Assembly: GCA_964016885.1 (NCBI GenBank)
Contig: OZ024740.1
Span: 24,738,001-24,802,000 of the forward strand
DNA: 64,000 nt
Source: Eledone cirrhosa
Lineage: Eukaryota
Direction of reading: 5' to 3'
In this document: piece after piece, positions 29,293 through 42,696 of the stretch
Layout: every line of letters starts with the position of its first letter
Position numbering within the stretch: position 1 is the first letter of the stretch
The notes under the pieces: model-generated
Told to the model about the DNA's origin: nothing
Seen by the model: the letters and a program-made list of their open reading frames with translations, nothing else
The model's database searches: none
Made by a program: the position numbers and the translations under genes

Positions 29293-29324
29293 TTATTTCA
29301 CACTGAAATAATGTCTATTGAATA

Positions 29325-29642
29325 CACGTGGCATTGTAGCGAGGGTATTCGGCTCACAGTCGTAAGTTCTTGAGTTCAATCTCCGGTGTGCGTTGTATCC
29401 TTGAGCAAGACACTTTATTTCACGTTGCTCCATTCCACTCGGCTGGCAAAAATGAGTTGTAGCTGTAATTAGAAGGGCCATCCTTGTACCATTCTGTGTC
29501 ACGCTGAATCTCCCTGAGAACTACGTTAAGAGTACACGTGTCCGTGGAATGCTCAGTCACTTGCACGTTAATTTCACGAGCAGGCTGTTCCGTTTATCGT
29601 ATCAACTGGAACACTCATCGTCGTAACCGACGGAGTACCAAG
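29325..29642 (+). mobile_element. tRNA-derived SINE family B, apparently full length
   Basis: A-box-like GTGGCATTGTAG and B-box GAGTTCAATCTCC, followed by TTGTATCCTTGAGCAAGACACTTTATTTCACGTTGCTCC. Homologous copies lie at 39423 and 56538. Confidence 0.8.
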
Positions 29643-29812
29643 AAGATTTCACACAGTGCCACGTTAACCATCCATGTGAGTCCATCTCTCCCTTCTGTTC
29701 CTCTTTATTTATATTTCCTTTTGTTTCTCTAGATCTCTCAGTCATTCTTTCTCCTTCTCTATTAACGTTACAACAATAACACAACCAATAACAATTGCTC
29801 TTCATTATCCTT

Positions 29813-29988
29813 TGGCAGTATCGGTAGAGGATCGGACGCCATGCTTTAACGCATAGAGTTACGGCCCTTGCCATTCTGAGTTCAAATCCCGCCAAGGTTA
29901 ACTTTACCTTTCATCCTTATGGGATCGATAAAATAAAGTACCAGTAATACACTGGGTTTTTGCTGGCCTTGTGCCAAAAGTAGAAACA
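29813..29988 (+). mobile_element. SINE family A with 9-bp target-site duplication (TSD)
   Basis: TGGCAGTATCGG...GAGTTCAAATCC...CCTTTCATCCTTATGGGATCGATAAAATAAAGTACC (resembles the Meta-type SINE central domain). ATTATCCTT at 29804-29812 and 29989-29997. Confidence 0.88.
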
Positions 29989-30507
29989 ATTATCCTTATG
30001 TGTTTACAATTCTCTCTCTCTCATTCTCTCTCCTCCCCCTTTCTCTATTTCTCTTTTCCTCATCCTCCCCTCTTTTCATACTCACACTCACACATGTACG
30101 TATACATACTAACACAATCTCCAATAATTGAAGTAATAGGCACAGAAAAATAACAGCAGCAACAACATCAACAGTAACAACTTTCCTTGTGACTCTCCTT
30201 TGTCAATCTCTCTGCTAGCTGTTCTCTCTGTGTATCTGTATGTATATATGTACAACAATCTGTCTGTATGTATATATGTATATCAGTCTGTCTGTATGCA
30301 TACCAGTCTGTCTGTATGTCTCTATGTTTGTCCTTCTCTGTATCTCTCTGTGTCTCTCTCACTCTCACACTAACCAAATCACACACACATACTCAAGCAT
30401 AAATGCTGAAATTCTAATATTTGCAGTATAATGCACACACAACCTATACTACAACAATCACCTCCAACACAAACAACAACACTAACTCATACAACATAAA
30501 ATATTAA

Positions 30508-30589
<82 letters not shown>

Positions 30590-30652
30590 TCTCTCTCTCT
30601 CTCTCTCTCTCTCTTCCTCTCTCTCGCTCTCTCTCTCTCTTTCCCTCTCTCA
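30508..30652. repeat. (CT)n microsatellite
   Basis: Long CT run with few interruptions. Confidence 0.95.
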
Positions 30653-31474
30653 CTATTTCACACACACTCACACACGCATACTTTATTACATGTAGTTATG
30701 GGTGAGAAAATGACAAGAATAAAATAGAAGAACACTTTAGAATAAGTCGCAGAATGTGCCGCCATGTTAAAGGACTAAACACATTAGTGGTCCACATAGC
30801 CTGGCATTACTGACATAAACTGTCCATGCATATCCTTTACTAATTAATCAAAGAATTTTGAATCAATCACGTGCGTCTACCTGGCAAATAATCAGAGCTA
30901 GGGCTACGTCAAGCAAGACTAACCCTGTTTAAACGGTTTAGAATTTGTTTTATAAATCTATCAGAAAGAAAAATTTAATCGAATCTATTTTAAAAAAACA
31001 AAAAAACAAGTCTGACTAAAAAATGTGCTATATTTATTATTTTTGTTTATTTTTGCTTTTTCGTTTCATAAATAAATATTGACTTACGTTTCCTTTAAGG
31101 ATCGACAAATCAATATTTTTTTTCTAGAACACTCTATTCGGTTCCAAGCTTTTCTACGTGGTTAAAACATTTGCTTCGCAGATATGTGAGTTGGGTTTCG
31201 ATCTCATTACTTGGTGGTATTTGGTGCAAATTGTGGTTAGAATCACTCAATGACTGGGTGAAAACACCCAGGGACGCCTGTCGTATCAATATAAAGTGGT
31301 AAATATCATATTTGATTTAGTAAGAAAAGAGTTCTTATTAAGTAAAGTTACATGAGAATAACCATTTCCGCAATAATAATAATAATTTTATCAATTTACA
31401 TTATATATATATAATGTAATGGAAATTACGTCTCATATCTAGTATCGCAGTTTATCAAATTCAATGTCTTAGAT

Positions 31475-31900
31475 ATATGGTTCTCAACCTCTTTTTACCC
31501 ATGGACCACTTTTACTCTTAATTTCTTTTGGTAGACCCCCATAACCATTCGATGAAAAAAAAAATGATTTTAATTTTTATTTTATCGGTAGATAAGTTTA
31601 GGAATTATATTATAGAAATAGTAAATGTATTTGCTTTATTTTGAAGTAAAACTAAATAATTGTTTCTACTTTTGGCACAAGGCCAGCAATTACTCAGTGC
31701 ATTACTGGTACTTTATTTTATCGACCCCGTAAGGACTAATTTAATGATTATAAACTTGTATATAACGAGTAAATTCTAAGGAACATTTATACACACTAGC
31801 AAAATAATACAGAATAAACCATTTTAAATATCTGAGTAATTAATAAATAAATAAAAAGTGCAGATTTATTCAATAAAATCCCTGTGGTTGATGATCAAAT
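31475..31900. mobile_element. Possible decayed hAT-type MITE
   Basis: Left end TGGTTCTCAACC and right end GTGGTTGATGATCA resemble the CAGTGGTTCTCAACC/GGTTGAGAACCACTG termini of hAT MITEs; heavily degraded. Confidence 0.35.
31660..31735 (-). mobile_element. SINE family A, 3' fragment
   Basis: TGTTTCTACTTTTGGCACAAGGCCAGCAATT...TTTTATCGACCCCGTAAGGA. Confidence 0.85.
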
Positions 31901-32446
31901 TCAATGTTACACAAAGACAGTCTTCTAGATAGTCAGTCAATGTCCCAGATTATCGGAGACAAGGTTCCAAATTATCAGAACTTTATCCAAATAATCAAAA
32001 TCCAGTTTCACATATTGTTTCAGATGTCAATCACACAAAATATCTCATAAATTGGCCTGCCATATTGTGTCAAATATCTGACTATCAGATTATCAGAGGC
32101 TGTTCCAAATAATCAAAGCCTGCGTTTCAAATTATAGGAGCCAGTGAGTGTTTGTTATCTAATTCTCTGTTGAATGTTGTAACTATTTCTACCAAACATA
32201 TAAAGAAGAAACTTATTCTCTAAACGTTAGTAGGTATATACTAACGAAAGTGTGTCTACCTTATCCATACATGGTCCCGTAACTCCCGTGGGTGTCGTAG
32301 GCGCGCCATAATGACATATGGCTTTTCTTATGGCATTTTAAACCTGGTAGAGCCCAGCTCCTCTCCAGGTCTAAATACAGCAGATTTCTTCCAGAGAAGG
32401 ACATAAAGGTTAAGATAATGGAAGTGAGAAAGAGATATAGAGGAAG

Positions 32447-32603
32447 AATCAACCCCAGTACTAGTTTGGTACGTTTTTATCGCTTTTGAATGGATAAAAG
32501 GCAAAGTTGATCTCGGCGGGATTTGAACTCAGAGAACACAGAGCCGAAAAAATACCGCAAGGTATTGTATCCGAAGTTCTAACAACTCTGCCAATTCACC
32601 GCT
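32447..32603 (-). mobile_element. SINE family A, diverged copy
   Basis: AAAAGGCAAAGTTGATCTCGGCGGGATTTGAACTCAGA...CTGCCAATTCACCGC. Confidence 0.78.
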
Positions 32604-33170
32604 TTATCTGCCTTATGTGGAAAGGTAAACAACGTGGCGAGGCATATTGTTTCGCATCTCTGAAATATGTATTTATTATTGTATTGTAATTTTCCTTAAT
32701 CTATAACTGGTAACACGACAACATATGGAATCAACATTTTGGTTGCTTAGTTCTCAAACGGTAAAGCAACGAAAACGTTTGCTGTTCAATTATTTTTACT
32801 ACTACTACTACTACTACTACTACTATAGAACGGGTGTAAAATCGCTCCATGTGTTTGTTCTTTGTTTACCTATTTAGAAAATGTGTTTTTTGTTGAAACT
32901 CCCATAATATCCTGTGGCTAAACTATCTGGGGTCATAGAAAACTGCTCAGTTTTCCTTTGTTTTCAGCTCTTTATGGAAATATCTGGATTATAAATACAT
33001 TATACAATTTCCTTTTTAGCTAAAACCTGGCCTATTTAGTGGAATAACGGACACACCTTCGTCTTCACTGCTCCTTCACACGTCCTTCATAACTCCTGCC
33101 TAAATCACAGGGAAAGTAACAATATCAACAACAGTCATCAATTCCACCACAACAGATAACAACAATAATA

Positions 33171-33378
33171 GTTTCTTATATAGGCACAATTTGAGGGGAG
33201 GGGGAATTCGATTAAATCGACCCCATTGTGTGACTCGCACTTTATTTTATCGATCTCGTAAGGATGAGAGGCAGAGTTAATTTCGGCGGGATTTGAACTT
33301 AGATCATAAAGAGCCGTAACTCAATACTGCAAAGCATGATGTCCGACGCTCTACTGATACTGCCAATCCACCGCCCTC
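33171..33378 (-). mobile_element. SINE family A, long-tail variant
   Basis: Same core plus the extra tail segment GGGGAGGGGGAATTCGATTAAATCGACCCC. Confidence 0.82.
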
Positions 33379-33479
33379 ATAATAATAATGAAAATAATAA
33401 TAATGATGGTGATAATGATGGTGACAAAAAAGTAATGGTTTCTTATATAGGCACAAAGGCAGCTGATAACAACAATAAA

Positions 33480-33657
33480 TGTTTCTACTTTGGGCACAAG
33501 GCCAGCAATTATCCAGTGTTTTACTGGTACTTTATTTTATCGACACCGTAAGGATAAAAGGCAAAGGTAACATCGGCGGGTTTTGAACTCAGTCTGTAAA
33601 GGGCCGTAACACTATGCTGCAAAGCATAGTGTCCGACCCTCTATCGATACTGGCAAT
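33480..33657 (-). mobile_element. SINE family A, short-tail variant
   Basis: GTTTCTACTTTGGGCACAAGGCC...TTTTATCGACACCGTAAGGATAAAAGGC...TTTGAACTCAG. Confidence 0.85.
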
Positions 33658-33724
33658 GAAGGCAAATCTGACAACACCAGCACCACCATCAGCATCTCTA
33701 CTGAAATATGAGCTGGTGCATAGA

Positions 33725-34505
33725 CATCACCGTCTCCACCACCGGCTCCACCACCACCATCACCACCACCATCACCGTCACCACCACCGTCTCCACCACC
33801 ACCACCACCACCATCGCCACCACCATCACCACCACCATCACCACCACCACCACCATCACCACCACCATCACCACCACCACCACCATCACCACCGTCACCA
33901 CCATCACCATCACCACCACCATCACCACCGTCACCACCACCACCGTCTCCACCACCGTCACCACCACCACCATCACCACCACCATCACCCCCGTCACCAC
34001 CACCACCGTTTCCACCACCGTTACCACCACCACCAACACCTCCACCACCAACACCACCACGACCGTCTCCACCACCGTCACCACCACCGTCACCACCACC
34101 ACCGTCTCCACCACCGTCTCCACCACAGTCTCCGTCAACGTCACCACCCCCGTCACCACCACCACCAACACCACCACCACCAACACCACCACGACCATCA
34201 ACACCACCACCAACACCACCACCGTCTCCACCACCGTCACCACCACCACCGTCTACACCACCGTCTCCACCACCGTCACCACCACCACCATCACCACCAC
34301 CGTCTCCACCACCGTCTTCACTACCGTCACCACCACCACCATCACCACCACCGTCTCCACCACCGTCTCCAGCACCGTCACCACCACCACCGTCTCCACC
34401 ACCACCACCGTATCCACCACCGTCTCCACCACCGTCACCACCACCACCATCACCACCACCATCACCACCATCGTCTCCACCACCAACACCACCACCGTCA
34501 CCACG
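33725..34505. repeat. Degenerate (ACC)n trinucleotide array
   Basis: ACC/ATC/GTC/TCC triplets; poly-T, poly-H, poly-G and poly-V ORFs in several frames. Confidence 0.92.
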
Positions 34506-34655
34506 AAAGTGTCTGTAACAGACCATAGTAACAACAATAACAATGTCCCCCAAAACACCAGCATGCTGGGAAGGATCCGGTTGAAATCAACAATATACAG
34601 TAGAAAAAATAGTAACCTCAGTAAACATGAAAGAACAGCCGAACTCCCACTGCCA

Positions 34656-34777
34656 TCCCCTCCATCTCTCCGTATGGTGAGCAAATGGGGTCCCGCGTGC
34701 TGGCCTCCCCACAGCCCTGGCGGATAGAATGGAGAAGGTGTTTCCCCGGAGGATGGTAAGGGAGATGCGCTGGAAAC
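34656..34777 (-). mobile_element. CRE-like (restriction-like endonuclease) non-LTR retrotransposon, extreme 3' fragment
   Basis: The - strand translates FQRISLTILRGNTFSILSA. Downstream CCCCATTT...GAGAGATGG is homologous to 58375-58405. Confidence 0.7.
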
Positions 34778-35329
34778 ATACTTACAAGCGTTTCCAACAA
34801 AACGTGGAAGCAGCAATGACTGATTTGCCAAGTTACTGCAGCAGCGGACACAAGTTTGATAAGAGAAGGAAGATGGAAGGAAGCGATGCAACTGGTGACA
34901 AATTCGGTAGAAGTGAGTCGATGGCTCTGTCAAAGAAGATTCTCCAGGACACGCTCATCTACAACATGTAAAATCCTATAAGCGAGCAAGGATCAAATTG
35001 AAAGATACCCCAGAGCAATCTGTGGTAACAAATATTACAATACCTGCGGTAATTGATTAATTGTCGTAGAGGTGAGTTATTCTCAATGAAATGGGGGCAA
35101 AGAAACATACGACCACCTCAATAAATAACAAGAATAAATACTCAAACTAACTTACCTCAGAAACATCCAACATGACTAAGAATGAAAGATGTATCACTAG
35201 AAATAAAAAGAACCGAGCTACCTCCTTATTTAATGAGAATATATAAGATGGCAACTAGCTGCAAATTTGACAGCTATTGATCGTATTTGAGACTATTCAA
35301 CAGAATTCGTAATATAATCGGCTTGTCTC

Positions 35330-35449
35330 TTCACAGCCCCGGCGGACAGAATAGAGAAGGCGTTTCCCTGGAGGACGGGAAGCGAGACGCGCTGGAAAAG
35401 CCACTCCAACTCGCGGGGCTCACACCTGCGGCTGGCCAGCTCAGCGCCT
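35330..35449 (-). mobile_element. CRE-like non-LTR retrotransposon, 3' fragment
   Basis: The - strand translates EPRELEWLFQRVSLPVLQGNAFSILSAG, matching the QRISxAIQRGNA terminal motif. Confidence 0.72.
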
Positions 35450-35919
35450 ATGGTGTTTTCTGGGTCATGTCAGCCGGCCATGCAGAAATTGAGGACGAGC
35501 CAAATACATGACAATAAGAAAATGTCGGTGGTCTTTTTGTTCGACATCTGGATGCACCTTTCAGTTAAATAGCTGTGACTCCTTTGTTCTAAATCTCCAG
35601 GTGAAGGTGAAATGGACAAACTGATGAGATGTGTGATGGTCTAACCAGCACAGAAATGTGCCGAGCGGAAACAATCATTGGGAAGTTAATGAGAGATTAA
35701 GCTGCTATTTCTAGGAGTGCAAGTGACCACATATATGATCGTTTGTAGCTCATATTGTGTTGGTTGTTGTTAATGTATTGATCTTTAGTATTTACTAAAA
35801 TTTTCATTGACATGAAATGCGTTTTGTTTTCGTAATTCCATGGTTGCACAATTGAAACATTCATATACATGCTATATACTCATTTGCTTTTGTCTCCCTC
35901 TCCCACTCTCTTTCTCTTT

Positions 35920-35980
35920 ATGTATGTATATATATATATATATATATACATTTATATATATGTATACACACACACACACT

Positions 35981-36054
<74 letters not shown>

Positions 36055-36212
36055 TATATATATAATTATATATATATATATATACATACATATATGTATA
36101 TGTGTGTGTAGTACATATATAGATGTATAATATATATGTAGACATATGCAACTTCCATTTAAAAAGTTGTAGACATGTATATTTATATGTATATATATAT
36201 ATATATGTATAT

Positions 36213-36280
<68 letters not shown>

Positions 36281-36330
36281 GTGTACATATGTACATTTAT
36301 ACGTATACATATATATTTTTATATATATTT
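35920..36330. repeat. (TA)n/(CA)n microsatellite cluster
   Basis: Interrupted TA and CA runs. Confidence 0.93.
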
Positions 36331-38619
36331 AATGAAGAAACAAAATTAAAAATTATAAAATACATAGGAGAACAACATGAAGAACAAATCTCAGAAATGT
36401 ACATTGAAATTGTCAAGTTTGTGGTAGTGGCACTATTAATGACTGCAAGTCATAGTGAATGTGAAAGTAACGTCATAATCACTATAATCATTTCATACAA
36501 TTCATTAAAGCAGCCTTCTCTTATTTCTACTGCTAACTACCACCTGCCGCCGTTTTATTACACTTCTCTACTAGCTGGCAATTAAACTTCGCTCTACTCT
36601 TTAAATCTTCTTAAACATGCCGTCTTGACTGTTCTTTGCTTGTTTATTTTATTTTTGTTATTATGCATATATATTTATTTGTTTGTTTGTTTGTTTCATT
36701 AGTTTGTATTATTTTGTATTTTTTTTGTTTTATTTTACTTTGTTTTTCGGAGTTTCAAAAAGTTATTTATTTTTCTTCTCTTGTATTTTGTTGTTTGTTC
36801 CTTGTCGAAATTTGTTGCAAAAGTTCTAGTTGTGATGATAATGATTCATTGTTAAGGCATAATGTCACACCTTACAGTGTAAAGGATTAATGAAATGGGA
36901 CGGCTGTAAGATGATTTTGTGACATTGATGCGTTTCCCATTAATTTTCGTGACGTGTGTCACATGAATGATAGTTCTGACCGAGAATTAAACATCCTGGT
37001 ATGTACTTGCTTTTTATTATTCTAAGAAAATCGCTATAAAATGAATATTATTAAATGGTGTATCTAAAATGGTAGAATACAGAGCCGAGTATATTCCAAC
37101 ACTTCATCTTCTGGATTTAATTCTGCCGAGGTCAATTTCTATTTCGTTCTTCCGTGGTTGATAAAACACATTAGTACTCAACCAATTGAGATGATATCTA
37201 ATGTTGCTGCAACACATATTTCTGTCTTTGTGCCTTTTTTCAGAAATGATCACTATTTGATACTCATCCTTTGATACCCCTGTCTAGTTAAATGTAATAC
37301 CATTCATGTGTTGAGTTTGTTCCAAAATAAAATACATATTTCCTTTCAAATATATTGACAGGTTACAATGTAATTTGCTATGCTTTGTAAACAGATTTAA
37401 GAATGCATTGTTTCTCAAGTATAATTCAAGATCAGCCTTGGCCAAGCAAACCTATTGTCTAATACACTTCAGCCATTAATATCTCGTTTTTCCTGTATCT
37501 AGGAATACATATCCAATGTGCCTTTCCTATTTTATGATCGTTGTTTTTGTTTTTCTCGTTGTTTAGCTCGAGGTCAACCTTGAAAGAAACCTAATATCTA
37601 AAATATTATATATGTTAACACGATTTCATTTTGTATATTTAGAGTTTGACGGTTCAATATGCCCTCCTTGTTTTAAGATTCTTGTTGATTTGCTCCTGGA
37701 CAGACCCGGTCGATCAGATCTATAATGAAAGGCATTCTGGTGGTGATAGCCGTACTTTTAGAATGCAAGGGCCATCATTATACGTGTTCTTTTCCCTGAC
37801 ATTACATTATGATTTGAGGACAATTCTAGCTGCGATTTCTAACATATCAGGTGAACTTGTAGGAGACCCTTTATTGGGATGTGGGTTGTATGCACTTTAA
37901 AATAAAGGATTATAGAGTCAATGTAATATACCTGTTATTTCTAAAACTCCAAGTGACTTCGTAAAGGATCCAAGCTCCATCTATCGATCACAACAGATAA
38001 CATACCATGTTGTATATTCGTGTAACTTTACTGCCGTGCGTTCTAATCCCGTTTAATCAACCTTTCAATGTTTATTCTCCATGGGTTGTTAACAACGAAT
38101 ATTTCTTTAGTACAACGGGTGTTACTCTATTCTAGTCTTCACTCAATATTGGTATTTCTCTGAAAATGGCATTATCATCAATGATATTATCGTCGGTGTG
38201 GTATAATACGAAATTTTTCCACAATAATATTAAACGCACCTGTGCTTTTCTCAGGTGTGCACTAAATTGTCGCTTTGTGATGTTGGGTGTTTCTTTTTTT
38301 CAATCTAATTTGATTAATCTTTTTCATCTGATTATTTCCCTAGTTTGTCTTTTGGTTTATTAAGTTAGTTCTCACATTTATTATTTTATTATTTCCTGAT
38401 TATTATTCAACTATCAGTGGTCAGAGTAGGCGGTGATGAGGCACAGATGTGAACAATAGTCTTTCAGTGTATCTCTGAGCTACCACCACTCTCAGTTCCA
38501 ACCCCACCGAGACCAACTCTGCATCTTATAATCGATTGTGTGTTGCTATATAATGTTCTAGTCTAGGACGGAGGATTTTCGAAGTGTGGTTAGAATGTCT
38601 CAGGAAAGAATCGCCTGGA

Positions 38620-38780
38620 GAAGAAGAAGAAGAAGAAGAAGAAGAAGAAGAAGAAGAAGAAGAAGAAGAAGAAGAAGAAGAAGAAGAAGAAGAAGAAGAA
38701 GAAGAAGAAGAAGAAGAAGAAGAAGAAGAAGAAGAAGAAGAAGAAGAAGAAGAAGAAGAAGAAGAAGAAGAAGAAGAAGA
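38620..38780. repeat. (GAA)n microsatellite
   Basis: Pure run of about 53 units. Confidence 0.97.
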
Positions 38781-38930
38781 TGTCTCGCTGATTTCGTTCC
38801 ACAATTTACGAGTTTAAAACGTGCAATGGTGTACTTGTGCGAAATAATCAGTTGTCCCGTTGAACCTCCACTCTCTTGCCTCCGGAGTCCAGTAAGATGA
38901 CAACTCCCGTATTCTCTCACTTATCAAACG

Positions 38931-39075
38931 GTAACACATATTATTGTTGTCTTCATTAAATACAATCTCAATTTGCTGGGTACAGTGAAGAATTTCCTGC
39001 AAAATGGAAATTCTTCACTGTACCAGCAAATTGAGACTTGTCTTTACCATGAAGACAACAATACATATGTGTTAC
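38931..39075. repeat. Imperfect long palindrome (~67-bp arms, 8-nt loop)
   Basis: GTAACACATA...CAGTGAAGAATTTCC-TGCAAAAT-GGAAATTCTTCACTG...TATGTGTTAC. Confidence 0.9.
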
Positions 39076-39318
39076 AGTCTTTGTAATGAAAAAATAGCTT
39101 TGCTTATTTTAAGGGCAGCACTGTCCAATGTACCCTGGCTATAAAACATCAAAATATGACTTAAATGAACCTTTGCTCTAATATGTAGAAGGTGAAACTG
39201 ATGGCGCCACAGCAATCGTGTATAGCTTCAGTTATATTTTATATATCGAACTACTTATCTGATGATGTCTTATATACATACTCTCTCTCTCACTCTCTCT
39301 CTCCCTCCCTCTCTCTCC

Positions 39319-39356
<38 letters not shown>

Positions 39357-39358
39357 GA

Positions 39359-39413
<55 letters not shown>

Positions 39414-39422
39414 GAGAGAGAG

Positions 39423-39540
39423 AGCCGTGTGGCTGTGTGGTTAGAGAATTGAATTCGCAATCTAGAAGTTGTATGTTCCATTCCTGGACCGAGCGATGCG
39501 TTATATCCTTGAGCAAGACACTTTATTTCAGGTTGCTCCT
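39423..39540 (+). mobile_element. SINE family B, 5' part
   Basis: GTGGCTGTGTGGTTAG...GTTCCATTCC...TATATCCTTGAGCAAGACACTTTATTTCAGGTTGCTCC. Confidence 0.75.
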
Positions 39541-39637
39541 TCTACCTGGAGTTGCGACAAATAGATAGTACTATCAACTGGAAAGACCAACAGAAACATT
39601 GTTTCCTCGGTCCGATTTGACAAAAGTCGATCGATCC

Positions 39638-39672
<35 letters not shown>

Positions 39673-39832
39673 AATACAATATCGGAGAAAGGTTTTTAGC
39701 GATACTCCGGCCAAATTCCAACTCACTCAACAAACACTAGGAAATAAGTGATTATATTCCCAATTATGCGTTCGGGGTGCTAACTAAAAGTATTGCGTGG
39801 AAAGTTGGCTGTATTATTTCATATGAGACATA

Positions 39833-39870
<38 letters not shown>

Positions 39871-39945
39871 CAAAGGAATTGTGGTAAGGAACCAGATGGA
39901 CCATAACGCACCAGAGTACTCAATACTTAGGCTAGTTGAGTGGAA

Positions 39946-40066
39946 ATAGGAAAAAAGTATGACCCCGAGGGCAGAGCTCAAGCCGTTTCGACGGCTATTT
40001 CTGGACTACAAGAAATAGCCGTCGAAAAGGCTTGAGCTCTGCCATCGGGGTCATACTTTTCCCTAT
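39946..40066. repeat. Near-perfect palindrome (~55-bp arms, 8-nt loop)
   Basis: AAAAGTATGACCCCGA-G-GGCAGAGCTCAAGCC-G-TTTCGACGGCTATTTCT, loop GGACTACA, then the reverse complement with 2 mismatches in the core. Confidence 0.93.
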
Positions 40067-40554
40067 ATATATATAGTATGTATATAAGACATAATCAGAT
40101 AAGTCGTTCGAAATATTAAATACACACACACACATATACATATATATATATATATGCGTGTGTGTATGCGCGTGTGCGTGTGTGAGTGAGTGTGTGTGTG
40201 TGTACAATTGTATGTCAATAATATAATCAGCAATATCAATGAAATTCAAATGAAAATGAAGCCAAGAGACAGATTTATTCACTCACTTCCTTACATATAC
40301 AGGATCACACATACACAATCATACAACGTGTACTGAACTGCATACATAAATACGTACACAAACACGTTTGTACATGCATGCAAACCAACATGCATTCAAA
40401 CACGGATGCACAACACACACACATAAAACAAATACAAGCACACATGCACACATATTTGCACATATGTGTACATTAATATACGCAAAAATACCGACATACA
40501 CAGAAATACACCGATCCACACAACCCTACCACCCTAAGCCCCATCCACTAACAA

Positions 40555-41075
<521 letters not shown>

Positions 41076-41189
41076 CTCACATGAACAAAGGAAAACAACT
41101 CTTTGCTCCACAAACGAGAAACGTTACGCGATCAACAGAAAACAAGAGCAGAAGCGAAACAACAAAAAACATCGTGTACGGCAACATGA

Positions 41190-41209
41190 TTAACAACAAC
41201 AACAGCAGT

Positions 41210-41247
<38 letters not shown>

Positions 41248-41278
41248 CAACAACAACAACAACAACAGCAACAGCAGC

Positions 41279-41309
<31 letters not shown>

Positions 41310-41347
41310 TCAACGACGACGACAACAACACACATAACAACAACAAT
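41190..41347. repeat. (AAC)n/(AGC)n compound microsatellite
   Basis: Trinucleotide runs. Confidence 0.93.
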
Positions 41348-42696
41348 GTAGAACATTAATGAAATACAACAATTTTTAATAAAGAACATTTTCAAAATTA
41401 AAGGAGGGAAAAAAACAAAACATCCGAGCAATGAATAAACAAATTAAAAAAATATACAGAAAATGTATTGTAAAGAAAACAATAAAAAGAGTGAGAAATT
41501 TGTGTGAATGGCAATATTAATAAATATAAAATTATGATTGCTAAGGTGGTATATATCTGGGGTGGTGGGAGTGAGGTGAAGGTTTGTGTTGTTGGCTGAT
41601 CATGATCGATTATTTCCGAAGCCAGTTTTAATTGCATAAGCAGCGCCTCCTGGCGGATTATATTAATCAACGTGGTTACCCCACATCTCTGTCTCAAAAC
41701 CAACCTACACACCACCACCAACAACAACCAACTCCCACTCCTTCATCTTCTCACCCTCTTATAACGCTTCATAATTTGACTAAAACATTTATTAATGAAA
41801 AATGAGAACGATAATAATAATAATCATGGTAATAATAATAATAACAATAACAACAGTAATATAAGGAAAACAGATAAAAGCATCTATAAACAAATAAAGA
41901 AAATAAATTAGTTAAATAAGCAAAGGAAAATCATTAAAAACACATAGAAAGCTCAAAATGGCGGATTTGAAAGTGAAAGTAGGGAATACGTTTTAAGAAA
42001 TTAAATCTGCAGTGTAAATAAATAAATAGATACTTGATTGAAAAGACTAGCTGAGTGTAAAAGTGTCTGTTGGGGCTGGCTTTTAATGAGAACTCTCAAA
42101 ATAAGTGAATAACCAGGATAATGCAGAAAGTAATATAGAATTATATTTTGAAATGTGTTTTTTCAAAATTGTTGATACTGCTGCTGCAGTTATTGGTGTT
42201 TTCATCTAGGACTTGTTGTTCTTGTTGGTGCTTTTACGGAGTAAACCCTTACCGTAGGTATAGCTAGATACTTATGATCTATCTCATAGAAATTTACTCG
42301 GGATTTTAAGGAAAAGGAGGCACAATTCTAACATATCACTATTTCTCTAGCAATAGGGGTGTGGAATTTTAACAGACATACATTGCCAGAATAGCTACAG
42401 CAGTGAACCAATCCCGACGCTTTATGAAATTCACAAATCCCCTATTCTAGGCTGGTACTTTAGTTTATCGACCCCGAAGTTAAAATTATAATCGACGTGG
42501 TTTGTAATTAGAGAGCAGGGAGGTAGAACAAATACAGTAAATCCTTTTGTCAGGCATAGTACCGGTTTGTAAATTCACCACCTTCATTGTTGATGTGTAG
42601 ACACAGATTAGCCTATATTGATCCGAAGTATGATCAAATGTGTTCCAGCATAACAATCGCAGAATATGTAGCCCTATATATTTACTAATGCTTAGC

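Noticed and set aside
31940-32140. Loose repetition of CA(A/G)ATTATC-like words
   Set aside because: Too degenerate to define a unit or boundaries by eye.
33612-34727. Gly-rich, His-rich and Thr-rich ORFs of >300 aa
   Set aside because: All arise from one degenerate (ACC)n tract open in most frames; their ends run into SINE and CRE-like fragments.
35615-35680. CTGATGAG...GAAA hammerhead-like spacing
   Set aside because: No stem III or stem I pairing can be formed around the core.
41950-41975. YY1-type motif CAAAATGGCGG (also GCCAT-containing motifs near 30760 and 59370)
   Set aside because: Isolated short motifs with no CpG-rich promoter context or linked gene; cannot be supported.
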